This document shows, piece after piece, positions 36,925 to 47,451 of a stretch of 64,000 bases of DNA. The stretch comes from a virus (taxonomy: Duplodnaviria; Caudoviricetes). Position numbers and translations under genes: made by a program. Numbering within the stretch: the stretch's first letter is position 1; the number at the start of each line of letters is the position of its first letter. The notes beneath the pieces are model-generated. The model searched no databases. It worked only from the letters and a program-made list of their open reading frames with translations, and was not told the origin of the DNA. The stretch covers positions 1 through 64,000 of IMG/VR virus record IMGVR_UViG_3300032221_000294; one strand, written 5' to 3'.

Positions 36925-37101
36925 TCAACCTAGGGAGGGACCGCCACCTCCGCCACCTCCGCCACCTCCGCCACCTCCACCTCCTACCAGCTCCCAAGTG
37001 TTCGCTTGAGCGTTGTATCGATATTGCCGGGTAGTAGGAATCGGCTGCTCAGGGTAAACCTGTCCATTAAACGGCGACGATGGGAAAATAAGAGTTGACA
37101 T
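36925..37101 (-). CDS. 58-aa mini protein: fibre-type N-terminal module plus Gly15
   Basis: MSTLIFPSSPFNGQVYPEQPIPTTRQYRYNAQANTWELV-G15-PSLG; GGGTAAAA at 37139-37146. Confidence 0.6.
   Translation of the reverse strand: MSTLIFPSSPFNGQVYPEQPIPTTRQYRYNAQANTWELVGGGGGGGGGGGGGGGPSLG
36941..36984. repeat. CCGCCACCT tandem repeat (poly-Gly)
   Basis: About four perfect 9-nt units plus a partial unit. Confidence 0.85.
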
Positions 37102-37182
37102 TACGGCACCCTTTTAGTCTGCTGGCTATCTTCCCTTATTTTACCCTCCGGGTTTGGTAGTATAAATTGTAAATTTATAAGC

Positions 37183-37557
37183 CTAGGCAATACGTTGCCA
37201 CAGACCACCCCAGCTAGGCTGAACACCATTATTTGGAGCGGCACCGTGTATGCATTGCCATGTGCCAGTAAAGTATGGGTTTGTATATTGAGTATCAAAT
37301 GAGCCAGTTGAGGTGTTTCCGAACCACCCCATTGGTTGTAAATTATTCGCGGCTGTAGTTCCCCCGGGAACCACAGTAACACTGAAGGATCTGGCGAGCA
37401 TATAGCAACCAACTCCCCCCGCCACCACTACAAGGGAAACCGAACCTGAAGAAATACTCGCGATTCGACCATCGATTCTCACCGTTATGTCCGGGTTGGT
37501 GTAAGCACCCGGTACAACTCCTGTCCAGTCTAAGAGTTCAACTTTATCTAAGGGCAT
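37183..37557 (-). CDS. Short fibre-tip-like protein
   Basis: G.YTN..ITV..DGRI..IS.G then GTW...LWQRIA, like the C-terminus of 39452..40480. Confidence 0.6.
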   Translation of the reverse strand: MPLDKVELLDWTGVVPGAYTNPDITVRIDGRIASISSGSVSLVVVAGGVGCYMLARSFSVTVVPGGTTAANNLQPMGWFGNTSTGSFDTQYTNPYFTGTWQCIHGAAPNNGVQPSWGGLWQRIA

Positions 37558-37616
37558 GGTAGTTAAAGGTTATTCAGGGGTCACGCTATCTTACTGTATT
37601 TTACCCCCCTAGGGGT

Positions 37617-37952
37617 TTAGGCAGGTTGGTCAGGCCAGAGCAAGTATTCTTCGCTCTGGGCGTAGGTGTTCAGTTCGTCTTTTGTCTCACAAACTTCAAC
37701 CTGCTCTGCCTTCTGTTCGGCAGAGTCTCGAATTGCCTGTCGCCAGGCAGTGATGTTCGCTGGAACCGAAAGCCCTGTCTCTACTTCACGAGTGACATAC
37801 CAGTCGGTTGGAGAGAGAATCTCGTGGGCAAAAGAGTTTGTCTGAGAAATCATATACGTCTGCGAATCTCCCAGGGAGTCTTCCCACTCGAAGGGGGACT
37901 GGCGCCAGTCTGTTCCGCCCCAGCTAACAAATAGTTCTTGAGGTTGTAACAT
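37617..37952 (-). CDS. Tail fibre assembly chaperone-like
   Basis: L..TDWYV.R..E.G..VP.....WRQAIR...WP. Confidence 0.6.
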   Translation of the reverse strand: MLQPQELFVSWGGTDWRQSPFEWEDSLGDSQTYMISQTNSFAHEILSPTDWYVTREVETGLSVPANITAWRQAIRDSAEQKAEQVEVCETKDELNTYAQSEEYLLWPDQPA

Positions 37953-37958
37953 TTTGAA

Positions 37959-38276
37959 TCAAGATTGTGGAGGTGGTGTTTGCGTAGAGTTGGGCGGTTG
38001 CTCCCCAGTAGGGGAAATCATTAGAGCCCCGAGCCCATAGGTGTTCCCTTGCCACACATTCCCGTCTACAGTGGAATACCAGTGGGAGTCAGCGTATGAA
38101 ACTACCGGGCCGAACTCGCCCGCCATAGCCAGGTCGTAGATTTCAACACCGTAAGGCTCAACATCCGTGGGAATCGCAGTGAAGGGAATGGGGCCGAAAG
38201 TAGGGTTGTCCCAAATTAAGGAGACGCCCGGTTGAGTTTCACTGAAGAGGTAAGGTTGAGAGCACGAGTACGTCAT
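37959..38276 (-). CDS. Tail fibre assembly-like protein
   Basis: P.FG.IPFTA.P.D....G.EIY.....GEFG.V. Confidence 0.6.
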   Translation of the reverse strand: MTYSCSQPYLFSETQPGVSLIWDNPTFGPIPFTAIPTDVEPYGVEIYDLAMAGEFGPVVSYADSHWYSTVDGNVWQGNTYGLGALMISPTGEQPPNSTQTPPPQS

Positions 38277-38312
38277 TGTTTTGAGTTTCTAAAGTGTGTG
38301 TGTGCAAAACTT

Positions 38313-38927
38313 TTACCCCCGTAGGTGCGCAGGGTACACATAGTACCAAGTCACTGCGACACGTTTTAACCCAGAAGTTACCAGTTGCCCTGAATGCGGG
38401 AAACACCAGCTCGAAGGAAAGACTAAGGCCTCGCCCGGCTGAGGTTTATACACCGCGTCCGCGAACTCAGTTCCTCCACCTTCGAAGTTCGACGTAAGGT
38501 ACAGAACTACGGAGATGGTTCGATAGAATTCGTTACTATTGTGATCCCAGTTTTGGTCGTAGTGAAATTTATACTCTTGCCCGGGGATGTATTCTAGGAT
38601 CTGAATACCTTCACGATGAGACTTCGTCCCCGTCGCCCCTGGCGCAAGTGTGTAGTGGGTTAGTGAAGGATGAACCGCTTGAAGACGATCGCGATATTCA
38701 AGCAACGCCTTGTTTATCGAGTTCCCGATCAGATCAGTAACAGAATTTCCCTCAGTTAAAGTAAAACCTTCACTAGAACGAACTGAGGTGTCCTCTCTGA
38801 AATTTCCATCCCCTGAGAAAACGGTGCATTTTTCTTTTCTCTGACTGTTGTTTTCGCAAAAGAGGTTGACTGAGCGCAGTTCCTCTTTGCTTAAAGTTGG
38901 TACAATTTGAACGAGTGGGTTTGGCAT
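38313..38927 (-). CDS. 2OG-Fe(II) oxygenase (prolyl-4-hydroxylase-like)
   Basis: Y..HYD, RTISVVLYL, EGGGT.F, FPS...PH...V.SG.K..VTW. Confidence 0.85.
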   Translation of the reverse strand: MPNPLVQIVPTLSKEELRSVNLFCENNSQRKEKCTVFSGDGNFREDTSVRSSEGFTLTEGNSVTDLIGNSINKALLEYRDRLQAVHPSLTHYTLAPGATGTKSHREGIQILEYIPGQEYKFHYDQNWDHNSNEFYRTISVVLYLTSNFEGGGTEFADAVYKPQPGEALVFPSSWCFPHSGQLVTSGLKRVAVTWYYVYPAHLRG

Positions 38928-39010
38928 TTAGAAAACGTTGTCGATGTTTGTGGAGTGTGACCGAGGACTTTTCGACTTTTGTATTTTAGCTCTGGCTGCA
39001 GATAATAAAC

Positions 39011-39406
39011 TTAGGCGGGCTTAATAGGCCACTCGATATCGTGGGGCCACCCTTCTTGTTCCGGTAGATCTAGCAAACTCCGTCGATAATCTGCCCACTC
39101 TTGTTGCTTTTCAGGACTTAAGTCGGCCCAACGGAGGGGGTTGGTTACCTGGGGGTCGACTTCGTCCTCTAGTTTTGTGTTCCGGATTATTCTGCCTATG
39201 ACTGAGGCTTCCTCGTCGATTTCTTCTTTAGTTGGAAGGGAAATTTGTCCATCCTTTACAATTTTGTCGTAAAGTTTACGAACATCAAATGAAGCTTCAG
39301 TGTCGCTTGGATTGCAAGTAAATGGGATCCACCCGTAGGCGGGATGATCTATTTCGCAGTCGACGCGAACTAGATCCAAACAGTATTTAGCGTTACGGTA
39401 GTTCAT
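39011..39406 (-). CDS. Tail fibre assembly chaperone
   Basis: HP.YGWIPFT, R..RN..L...D, W.DYR..L.DLPEQ.GWP..I.WP.KP. Confidence 0.8.
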   Translation of the reverse strand: MNYRNAKYCLDLVRVDCEIDHPAYGWIPFTCNPSDTEASFDVRKLYDKIVKDGQISLPTKEEIDEEASVIGRIIRNTKLEDEVDPQVTNPLRWADLSPEKQQEWADYRRSLLDLPEQEGWPHDIEWPIKPA

Positions 39407-39451
39407 TCTAAGGTGCGGTTGAGAAACTGGTTTAGTTAGTGACTACGGGAG

Positions 39452-40480
39452 TTACGATATCCTGGCCCAAAGTGAAGAAGACCCGCAGCCACCGCCGTCC
39501 AGTTCCCCCATAAGCCTCCAGGTTCCATTAAATTGTCCTGGTCCAGGGGTAACTGGCAGACCGCAAGCATTGCTGGGTATCAACCGTGACCCCGACGTAG
39601 TTTCCCCAGGGTTGATTCCACTTGGGTTTGCGGTGAAATGTGCAAAAACATACGACCGGTTACTACCGTAATTCGTGCTAGCGCCGGGACCCTCTGGTCC
39701 GACTGGCCCCGGACCGCCCGTTGGTCCCGGCGGTCCCGGCGGTCCCCCCGGTCCCGTCGGTCCTCTTGCCCCAGTGGCGCCAGAAGGCCCAGGAGGTCCA
39801 GGAGGCCCGGCTGCCCCTGTTGATCCAGCTGGCCCCGTAGGTCCAGGAGGCCCATTTCCCCCTACTGGCCCTGTTGGCCCTGCTGGAACTTGGGCTGCAA
39901 CCCAACCTACGAAATAGTACCCGCTAGGGGGAGCACTTGCAAAGGTAACTTGGCTTGTTGCTGCGTTCCAGGTAAACCCTATTCCCGCATCCTGAATTGC
40001 CCCTCCAACGAATAAAACGAGGTCTTGAATTGTGACAGTGGAGGATAAATTAACACCACCGGATTGAAGGGTGAAAACTGTGGTTGACCCGTTAAACGTG
40101 ATATTGTCTAGATACAGGACATTTAACCCACCACCACCTCCTCCACTTGGTCCAGGAGGTCCCGGAGGTCCGGGTGCTCCACCACCCGGTCCCGGAGGTC
40201 CCGGAGGCCCCGGAGTTCCAGCGCCTCCAGTTGGTCCCGGAGGCCCATCTCCCCCTGTTGGCCCAGTTGGCCCCGCTGGTCCAACAGGACCAGTAGGCCC
40301 TTCAGGAGGCACGAGTGCCCAGCTTCTTACGCCGGCAGCTGTGCTAACTAACCCATAACCGTCAACTGCCGGAACACTTAAGTTAGGCTCTGTGTCAGCC
40401 AAACCTAGAATTTGGTAGCGAAGGGGATTCGCTGTAGTAGGGGGGACAGGGATTACCTTCCCATCAAAAAATCCTGCCAT
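39452..40480 (-). CDS. Collagen-like fibre protein
   Basis: Two Gly-Pro-X tracts rich in GPP/GPT; C-terminal GTWRLMG...LWARIS tip. Confidence 0.85.
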   Translation of the reverse strand: MAGFFDGKVIPVPPTTANPLRYQILGLADTEPNLSVPAVDGYGLVSTAAGVRSWALVPPEGPTGPVGPAGPTGPTGGDGPPGPTGGAGTPGPPGPPGPGGGAPGPPGPPGPSGGGGGGLNVLYLDNITFNGSTTVFTLQSGGVNLSSTVTIQDLVLFVGGAIQDAGIGFTWNAATSQVTFASAPPSGYYFVGWVAAQVPAGPTGPVGGNGPPGPTGPAGSTGAAGPPGPPGPSGATGARGPTGPGGPPGPPGPTGGPGPVGPEGPGASTNYGSNRSYVFAHFTANPSGINPGETTSGSRLIPSNACGLPVTPGPGQFNGTWRLMGELDGGGCGSSSLWARIS

Positions 40481-40483
40481 GGC

Positions 40484-40819
40484 TTAGACTAGCGTTTCAA
40501 GGACACTTAAAGTAAATTTGATATTCGGAGTTGATCCGACAATTGATAAACTATCCCCCGTCTGGAGAACAAGTTTTCCGGCCGTTCCGCCGGAGGCAAT
40601 TAAAACTTCCGAAGAAGGGATAGGGTAGTTATAGACTACGAAATGGGAGGTAGCACCCCTAACAACTTTCATTGAAAAGGTTTCGGTGTCGGGGTCGGTA
40701 TTAACCGCTTGTGCAGTCAAGACGATCGAATTGTAACCTGTTGGCGCGGTGTAAACACTCGTAAGTGTGGTGGGCACATCGAGGGGAATAGTTTTAAAGA
40801 CTGTTAATGGAAGAGCCAT
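40484..40819 (-). CDS. Small beta-rich structural protein
   Basis: YTAP.G...IV....N...KLVL.TGD.L pattern. Confidence 0.65.
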   Translation of the reverse strand: MALPLTVFKTIPLDVPTTLTSVYTAPTGYNSIVLTAQAVNTDPDTETFSMKVVRGATSHFVVYNYPIPSSEVLIASGGTAGKLVLQTGDSLSIVGSTPNIKFTLSVLETLV

Positions 40820-40822
40820 GTT

Positions 40823-43039
40823 TCAAGAGAGGGCGAGGATGTAAGGAATTACGATGGCCAGGATCGACTTTCTAAACGCTTGGCCAGAGATCGTTCCGGT
40901 ATTTTGATTGATAACTAGGTCTTCACCAACACGGAAGTCACCCAGTTGGTCAGTGCTGGTAACAGCAACTCGGCCCCCGTTAATCTGGATAACCTCGTTA
41001 GCTTGGATGGCAGTTCCGCCTGAGAATGGGATCGCAGTATTTATGTCGATTCCGCTCCCCACGTACTCCATACAGTGGGAGTTGGCGATGATTCGGCTAA
41101 CACGCCAAAAATTGACTGTGTCCCCAGGTGAGGGGTTGTAAGGTAGATTCTCCAAGATGGCGATAGAAACAGTTCCACCTACACCTGTGAAAGTCTCGGT
41201 AACTCCCGCCACTGTGTAATAAACTGGGTTCTTGACAGCAATTGCCGCTGCAGAAGCACCACCACCACCAGTAATTGAAACTGTGATTACATCCGTGTCT
41301 GTATAGTTTTGTCCCGAAGAGGCAACCTCAATACCAATCAACTGCCCGCCGTCAATAATTGCAATCCCTTGCGCGGCGATGGCGTTCGGCCCGGTGCCAA
41401 TCGAAACGCTTACGGTAGGGAGGCTTGTATAACCACTACCGGGGTTAGTGATTTCGAATGAGCTAACATTATAGTACAAGTCACCAACCGTAATCACTTG
41501 TCCCACGTAAGGGACTTGTCCGGTTGTTAATGTATTGAGGGCGAAAACGCTGTTGTTGACGGTGGAACTCACCAGAAGTCCCGATTGTTCTAAAGGCCCG
41601 GTGCCATCTGCATACATTCCAAAGTTACCGAAGTCAGAGTTACTGTTTGTAACGCTAACGAGTCCCCCTGTCTCAGCTAAAACGGACTTATCCGCGCAGA
41701 TTGTGAACATACTCACAACCTGACAGTAACCTCTGTTGTAAACTTTTACGCCCACTCCGTCAGGGTTGTATTGCGTAAAGCTGTCAAGAACCATACTCTT
41801 CAGTCCACCTGCCTTACTGCCGTCGACGTTCAACCCGATGCTGTTCTCTACGAAGTTTGTGCAGTTTTGAACGTAAGGACTCTGAGTGATTACCCCTGAC
41901 CCGGTGGGCCAGTACGACATAATTCCCTTCGTCTGAATGAGTTCCGTAGGATTTAAAGGGTTCGGTGTCTTAGTTACGGAGCCCAGGAAAGAGAAGTTTT
42001 GAACGTAGCAGCCGTTTAGAACCTGGAAAAGGTCGTCGTCATTCAACAGGGTGATGGTTGTAGAGCGTAAATCCGCTCCAACAATCGAAATGTCCGGGAA
42101 AGGGAAGATTAGAGGGTTTTGCTCGTTGTAGTTACCCGAAGCAACTCGAATTTGAGTCCCAGCTGTGGCTAGTGCCAACGCTGCTTTAATCGTTTGTTTT
42201 GCCGTCTGAGGGCTGGTGCCGTCATTACTATTATCACCGTTTACATCCACCCACAAAGTGTTGGAAATCGGCGTGATTCCCCTCCAACGAGTTCCGTCGT
42301 AAACAAGAAGACCGGGGGCATTGGGGTTCGAAGTGTCTAACCACTGCTCACCAACCGAATTTCCGTTAGACCCTCCGCTCCCTTCAACAGTGATTACGGG
42401 GGATACGGGGAATATACTGTAGTTCCCTGGCGACAAAACCGAAACTGAAGTAATCGACGCCCCTGAAGCTGCCGTAACTTCCAATGTTGCGGGAACCCCT
42501 GAACCACCGCTAACAATTAAAAAATCGCCAACAGTGTAACCCGAACCACCGAAAGAAATGGTAGCGGAGATTACACCGCCGGTCAGGTTAAAGGTTGCTC
42601 CTGAGCCGCTACCACCAGTCACGTTTACGGGAGAAACCGGGAACGTAGTGTAGCTGCCCGCGTTAGTTACGTTTACGGAAGTGATCACCCCCGACGACAC
42701 TGTGGCAACGGTGAGGATCGAGGAAGTCCCGGAACCGCCCGTGACAGTTAGAACGTCGTTAACTGCGTACCCTGTACCACCAGAACTAACTGAGGCACAC
42801 GAAACGCTGCCCACCAGGTTTAATGCTGCACCAGAACCACCGGTGTTACCGTTAGGAGGCGTCGGACCAACTGCGGTTGGACCTACTTTAAACAGGTTAT
42901 CAGCAGCATCCGCGAAAAAGAGTCCGGGTTCAAACTCGTTGATGTTTACTGCGGGTTGGCCTGAGAGCAGAAGAGCAGGGTTAGGTCTCTGTTGAAATGC
43001 TTGCGAACGTAGTAATTGTATGGGGGTCGAATTAGTCAT
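40823..43039 (-). CDS. Tail fibre/spike-like structural protein
   Basis: LRS...RP...L..G...N.N..EPGLFF N-terminus, GSGY repeats, beta-helix-like SPYVQNCT. Confidence 0.75.
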   Translation of the reverse strand: MTNSTPIQLLRSQAFQQRPNPALLLSGQPAVNINEFEPGLFFADAADNLFKVGPTAVGPTPPNGNTGGSGAALNLVGSVSCASVSSGGTGYAVNDVLTVTGGSGTSSILTVATVSSGVITSVNVTNAGSYTTFPVSPVNVTGGSGSGATFNLTGGVISATISFGGSGYTVGDFLIVSGGSGVPATLEVTAASGASITSVSVLSPGNYSIFPVSPVITVEGSGGSNGNSVGEQWLDTSNPNAPGLLVYDGTRWRGITPISNTLWVDVNGDNSNDGTSPQTAKQTIKAALALATAGTQIRVASGNYNEQNPLIFPFPDISIVGADLRSTTITLLNDDDLFQVLNGCYVQNFSFLGSVTKTPNPLNPTELIQTKGIMSYWPTGSGVITQSPYVQNCTNFVENSIGLNVDGSKAGGLKSMVLDSFTQYNPDGVGVKVYNRGYCQVVSMFTICADKSVLAETGGLVSVTNSNSDFGNFGMYADGTGPLEQSGLLVSSTVNNSVFALNTLTTGQVPYVGQVITVGDLYYNVSSFEITNPGSGYTSLPTVSVSIGTGPNAIAAQGIAIIDGGQLIGIEVASSGQNYTDTDVITVSITGGGGASAAAIAVKNPVYYTVAGVTETFTGVGGTVSIAILENLPYNPSPGDTVNFWRVSRIIANSHCMEYVGSGIDINTAIPFSGGTAIQANEVIQINGGRVAVTSTDQLGDFRVGEDLVINQNTGTISGQAFRKSILAIVIPYILALS

Positions 43040-43098
43040 TACTTATTTTGACGAGATTTCGAGGGGATGTGTTTTCAGTTATAGAAAGTTTTACCCTG

Positions 43099-43482
43099 TT
43101 AGTCCAACGTAAGTTCGCCGGTAGTCGAATTCACGGCGAAACCGTCGCCTAGAAGAAGTAGACCCTGAGAAGTCTCAACGTAGTAGTCAAGCGTTCCTGC
43201 ACCTGTGCCGACTTGGAAGCTGTTGCCGTTTACAACGCTAAGCCCATTTCCAATGTTGAAGTGACCCGTCGAGCTCGTAATTTGAGCAGTTGAAGCAGTT
43301 GGGTAAGAAGTTCCGGAACCTGTACGAAGAATTTGCCCGTCAGCACTAACGGAGATTCCTGCATCAGCGATTTTCATGCTCCAGTAAGGACCCTTAACGA
43401 GATACTCCTGTGGTCCGTTAGGAATTGTTGGGGAAGGGTTTGGAATAGGGTTGTTAAACGGGGGGGGAGTTGGTAAAGTCAT
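43099..43482 (-). CDS. Small structural protein
   Basis: G.G..V..G repeats; GGGTAAAA at 43509-43516. Confidence 0.6.
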   Translation of the reverse strand: MTLPTPPPFNNPIPNPSPTIPNGPQEYLVKGPYWSMKIADAGISVSADGQILRTGSGTSYPTASTAQITSSTGHFNIGNGLSVVNGNSFQVGTGAGTLDYYVETSQGLLLLGDGFAVNSTTGELTLD

Positions 43483-43590
43483 GAGGACTCAAAGCAGCCT
43501 ATAGGAGCTTTTACCCTTCAGTTTCCCGTAAGATATTTCCTCCTAGGGGACTTCCTTGTAATTCTGATCAAATTTATCTCTGGTCACAAG

Positions 43591-46500
43591 TCAGGGGTTA
43601 GAAAGCTGCTGATTTCCGACGTTAATTTCCGGGTTCGGGTCAGTATAGAATCGACCTGTCAAAGCTTGGCGTTGAGGACCAAACAGGACAATCTCTCCAC
43701 GGCTATTTACGCCAGTAACCGTCACTCTCCCACCCCAGAGAACTGTTGACTGGAAGTCTGCGGATAGTTTTCTAGAAAGATCGTTGTTTTGGTATTTTGG
43801 AAGTCCCCGAGAATAGTCGAGGTAGCCTGTAAATGCCCAGGTATGGGTATTCGCAATGATTGTGGACGGAGTGTTAAACTCAAGTGGCCACCTTTCTGTC
43901 ACTAACGCGTAACCTTGCGAAGGGGCGAAGGGAAGGGAAGTGACGGAAAGAGCTCTTTCACCCCAGTACTTAGGCCCCAAGTAAGGGAGAATCTCTTCGT
44001 TAGAATAACCCATCACCTCAAAGAACCTGAGAACTGCTTGTTTCGTGTTCCCCCAAAGCGGGTCGTAGGCATCTGCGTTAGGGACTCGGTTAGTTTCACA
44101 AACCGTGAGAAGAGTTGCTGACGGCCAGTTTTTAACTTCGGTAGAAGGGTCAGGATAATAACTGTTTAGCCTGTTCAGTCTGATAGCGCGCACGACGGAG
44201 CCCGTGATTTCAACAACTTGCAAGTACTCATAGTTGAACTCGTCAGACAGCAAGATAATCGAGACTTCCTCCGTAGGGTCGTTAATAACTGAAACATTCG
44301 CAACCGAGAACTCTATAATTGCTGGGCGGTATCTTCTTAGATCGTCTGCATCCAGGGGTGTCTGAACAATAGAAATTCCGCCTAATGTTGTGGTTGTTGC
44401 GGTAGTTGGGACATTCGTTAGGCAAATTCCCATACTGTCGGAGCCGTCATCCCCGTTAAAGTACGATTGAATGCTATAAGAAGTGTACGGATATGTCGAC
44501 CCCCGGAAATAAGTATCACCTTCGGAGTAGATCTCTCCTTCCAGGTACACATCGTTGGCGAAGGTACCCTGGTAAGTGTTGCTAACAAGATCCTGGCGCT
44601 CAAGAACACTGGTGTCAACAAACGGCGAGCAGGACTCTACCGGTGCAACTTTATAGGGCCCAGCGCTCGGGCGGAAGGAAGTTGCTTCCCCGTAGTACAG
44701 ATTCCCCCAGAAGTTATTTTCTGCTGCGTACCAGTTTCTTTGCTGGTAAGTTACATAAGACCCCGTGGAATTGTTAAATTCTTGAGTCCATGGTCTAGAA
44801 TAGTCAGAAACAGTTGCCGTAAAGTAGTAATTAACGTTTTCGTTGCTGTCCCCGATAACGTAGTTGTATTGCGGCGATTCTGCGAGCCCAGCAGTAAAAA
44901 CGCGGTCAACTGTGAAAATTCTTCCCCAGCCACCCAAGACGCCGGGGTCAAATTGAACGTTAGGCCGAAGTGTTCCGGGGTTAATCGCCTGGTTAATCTG
45001 GTTGAGCCGTAGAACCGAGCCGAGTTGTGGAGGAATAACAGTTGGGTAAGTGTTAGAAACTTTGAAGCTGTATACCCGATCAAATTCTTGACGGGGATCG
45101 TAGAATCTTCGCAGGTAGGGAACCTCGAGCTCTTCCGTCAATGCTGATAGCGGAATTGTGCTATCCGACGACCGAATTCGCAAAGTTGAGGTCAAACCAC
45201 AAGACCCTGGCGTTGAAATAACTGTGGGTCCACCGTCTGTTGCAAAGAAACCTCGATAAGTCAATCCTGTAGAAGGATTAGCAACCCACACTGCACTTCC
45301 TGGTTCCAGCGAGTAAGGAAGGATGTAACAAGGGGAAAACTCCGAGCTTAACTCAATTAGCTGAATACCGGGATCCAGAGGGTCTAACTCCACTGCAGTG
45401 ATCCTGGCGCCGAGTGAAAGAATCTGCTTGTTTTCATTGGAGGTTGCCTGGGACTGTGTGAGTGCCAACGGGCGTTGAATCCCTTCGAACAGAAATCCTG
45501 TTTGGTTGGCGTCTGCACCGCCAACTCTGTTGATTCCCGTGAATCCTTCAGATTTAATTGCCACTGACCCGAAATTACTCGTGCTGTTTGTCAGCGATAC
45601 GTAACCGCCGTTCAGAGCCCACACACCTACAGCACATCCGATAGTGTAAATAGACTGAAGCTGAGCGTACGCACCGTCACGAACCCGGAACCCGAAGTGC
45701 CTGAAATCTTCCTCAATGTTTACAATTCCGATATTCTCATTGCTGTCGGTGACTAAGTTCTGATAGTAGAAACGGATGTTTTTAATCTTTGTTTTGTTGA
45801 GAAGGTCTAATTGAGCTTCAACTGGTACGGAGTCGATTGACCCAGGGCGCTCATCAAGGGGGAGAGACAGCAATGTTGCCCTAGCCAATGACCACCATTT
45901 CTGCTCCGAAACGTTTGTTACGGGGTTTAGGATCGTGGTGTAGATTTCATAGGCGGCTGGGTCGGTCTGCAAAGATACAGACGTGCATTCATTAGCGATT
46001 AACGACCTAAACCCTTCAAGCTGACTCCCAATAATCTCACCCCAACACATTCCGAAGTTTGAGCGAAGGTTGACACTATTGGCGTAGGCCGAGGAGTTCT
46101 TTGTTGTGTTGACCCCCAAGTTGTTGGGGTAGGGTGTATCTGTGGGAGCAACAATAACGTACTCAGCTTGGCTGACCAGCGCAGCTCCGTTGGTCACTTG
46201 GCCGCCAAAGAAATCAGGAAACGCCCTTTGAACTTTGGTGTAGTAGTCTGATAGTTCCCCCACAGTTGCGTTCAAGCTGCCGCGTAATCTGTGGGCGGAT
46301 CTTAGCTGGTTTTCAACGGTTAGTATAGTTGAAACGGTGCTCGTGACTATGGGGATTGCCGAATACTCAATGAAGATTGAACCCGGTGCAGTCTGAAGGT
46401 AGAAAGAGAACGTGTCGATTGGGTACGCGTAATAATTCCCGTCCCGGAAAGTTCCGGTCGTCTGATTAACTCTGGAAGAAAAAGTAACCGTTACTCGATC

Positions 46501-47403
46501 CTCAACTTCAAGACCGTGGGGCCTACTCGAATAGAAAATAGCTTCTCCCGTGGGAGTGGACTCGATTCTCGTAATGTCTCGAGAATCAACTTTATCCAAT
46601 ATGGAAAAATTGTTCAGGTATGTGTTTCCGGTCCACTTGAGAATCGAAGTGATCGGCTGATTAAAGTCCTGATCAACGCCTGACGGATAGGCAGGGTTCT
46701 TGTAGTTGGGGACGTATGTCGGGCTTATAATGCACTTCTTCAGGTCGAGACCAACGATCGAAATTCCACGGGGGACGATAATCCCGCCAGTGGGGCTATT
46801 GAACTGAGTCAGCTGCGTGGTCGTTACTTGATCGTAGGGAGACGTAGAGAAGTTGACGTTAAAATCGGCAACAGTTTTACCGGGGCCATTGTTCGCGGTA
46901 ACACGGGAAGGGGCGAAGTAAATTGTATATTTGCTGTTCTCGCTCGCAGGGTTTGACCCTGCCAGAATCGCATTGATGGTAATCTTACTTAGCTCCAGAA
47001 TCGCCCGTGTCAAGGTTTGAAACGGTAGGGCCTGACCATCATTTAGAGTAGAGTCAGTGGACCCGGGAAATTCAGGTGCCACGAACACCACGTAACCGCC
47101 GCCGCCAAGATATGGGGCCGCAATTGTTTGCCACTGAGATGCCGAATTTTTGAATACACCTGCGTTAAGAGTTCCATCTTGAGTGTTCAGCCAGAGTTCA
47201 CCTTTAGCCGGCGTGTTCGTTGGAGGACTTGGCAAGACTGATGTCGGGCCTACTTTTACAACTGTATCATTATTAACTTCGAAGAAAAGGCCCGGATCGT
47301 TCGAGTTCGTATTCAGGCCAATCTCACCAACCTCAAGGTTCGAGCTCGTCGGGCGTTTTCCCGGAATGCTCGAACGCTTGAAAATAATTTTTACAGCAGA
47401 CAT
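43591..47403 (-). CDS. Large tail/baseplate structural protein
   Basis: N-terminal module like 40823..43039; beta-rich; GGGTAAAA at 47445-47452. Confidence 0.75.
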   Translation of the reverse strand: MSAVKIIFKRSSIPGKRPTSSNLEVGEIGLNTNSNDPGLFFEVNNDTVVKVGPTSVLPSPPTNTPAKGELWLNTQDGTLNAGVFKNSASQWQTIAAPYLGGGGYVVFVAPEFPGSTDSTLNDGQALPFQTLTRAILELSKITINAILAGSNPASENSKYTIYFAPSRVTANNGPGKTVADFNVNFSTSPYDQVTTTQLTQFNSPTGGIIVPRGISIVGLDLKKCIISPTYVPNYKNPAYPSGVDQDFNQPITSILKWTGNTYLNNFSILDKVDSRDITRIESTPTGEAIFYSSRPHGLEVEDRVTVTFSSRVNQTTGTFRDGNYYAYPIDTFSFYLQTAPGSIFIEYSAIPIVTSTVSTILTVENQLRSAHRLRGSLNATVGELSDYYTKVQRAFPDFFGGQVTNGAALVSQAEYVIVAPTDTPYPNNLGVNTTKNSSAYANSVNLRSNFGMCWGEIIGSQLEGFRSLIANECTSVSLQTDPAAYEIYTTILNPVTNVSEQKWWSLARATLLSLPLDERPGSIDSVPVEAQLDLLNKTKIKNIRFYYQNLVTDSNENIGIVNIEEDFRHFGFRVRDGAYAQLQSIYTIGCAVGVWALNGGYVSLTNSTSNFGSVAIKSEGFTGINRVGGADANQTGFLFEGIQRPLALTQSQATSNENKQILSLGARITAVELDPLDPGIQLIELSSEFSPCYILPYSLEPGSAVWVANPSTGLTYRGFFATDGGPTVISTPGSCGLTSTLRIRSSDSTIPLSALTEELEVPYLRRFYDPRQEFDRVYSFKVSNTYPTVIPPQLGSVLRLNQINQAINPGTLRPNVQFDPGVLGGWGRIFTVDRVFTAGLAESPQYNYVIGDSNENVNYYFTATVSDYSRPWTQEFNNSTGSYVTYQQRNWYAAENNFWGNLYYGEATSFRPSAGPYKVAPVESCSPFVDTSVLERQDLVSNTYQGTFANDVYLEGEIYSEGDTYFRGSTYPYTSYSIQSYFNGDDGSDSMGICLTNVPTTATTTTLGGISIVQTPLDADDLRRYRPAIIEFSVANVSVINDPTEEVSIILLSDEFNYEYLQVVEITGSVVRAIRLNRLNSYYPDPSTEVKNWPSATLLTVCETNRVPNADAYDPLWGNTKQAVLRFFEVMGYSNEEILPYLGPKYWGERALSVTSLPFAPSQGYALVTERWPLEFNTPSTIIANTHTWAFTGYLDYSRGLPKYQNNDLSRKLSADFQSTVLWGGRVTVTGVNSRGEIVLFGPQRQALTGRFYTDPNPEINVGNQQLSNP

Positions 47404-47451
47404 TTGCTAAGGAGCGAGTTGTGACGCGTAACGACGCTTCTACCTTTTACC

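Noticed and set aside
36680-37009. Plus-strand poly-Pro ORF
   Set aside because: Antisense of the poly-Gly mini gene, which has an ATG, a promoter motif and a recognisable N-terminal module.
39684-40302. GC-rich tandem repeats as possible CRISPR or DGR repeats
   Set aside because: They are collagen Gly-Pro-X codons. There are no spacers and no reverse transcriptase in the window.
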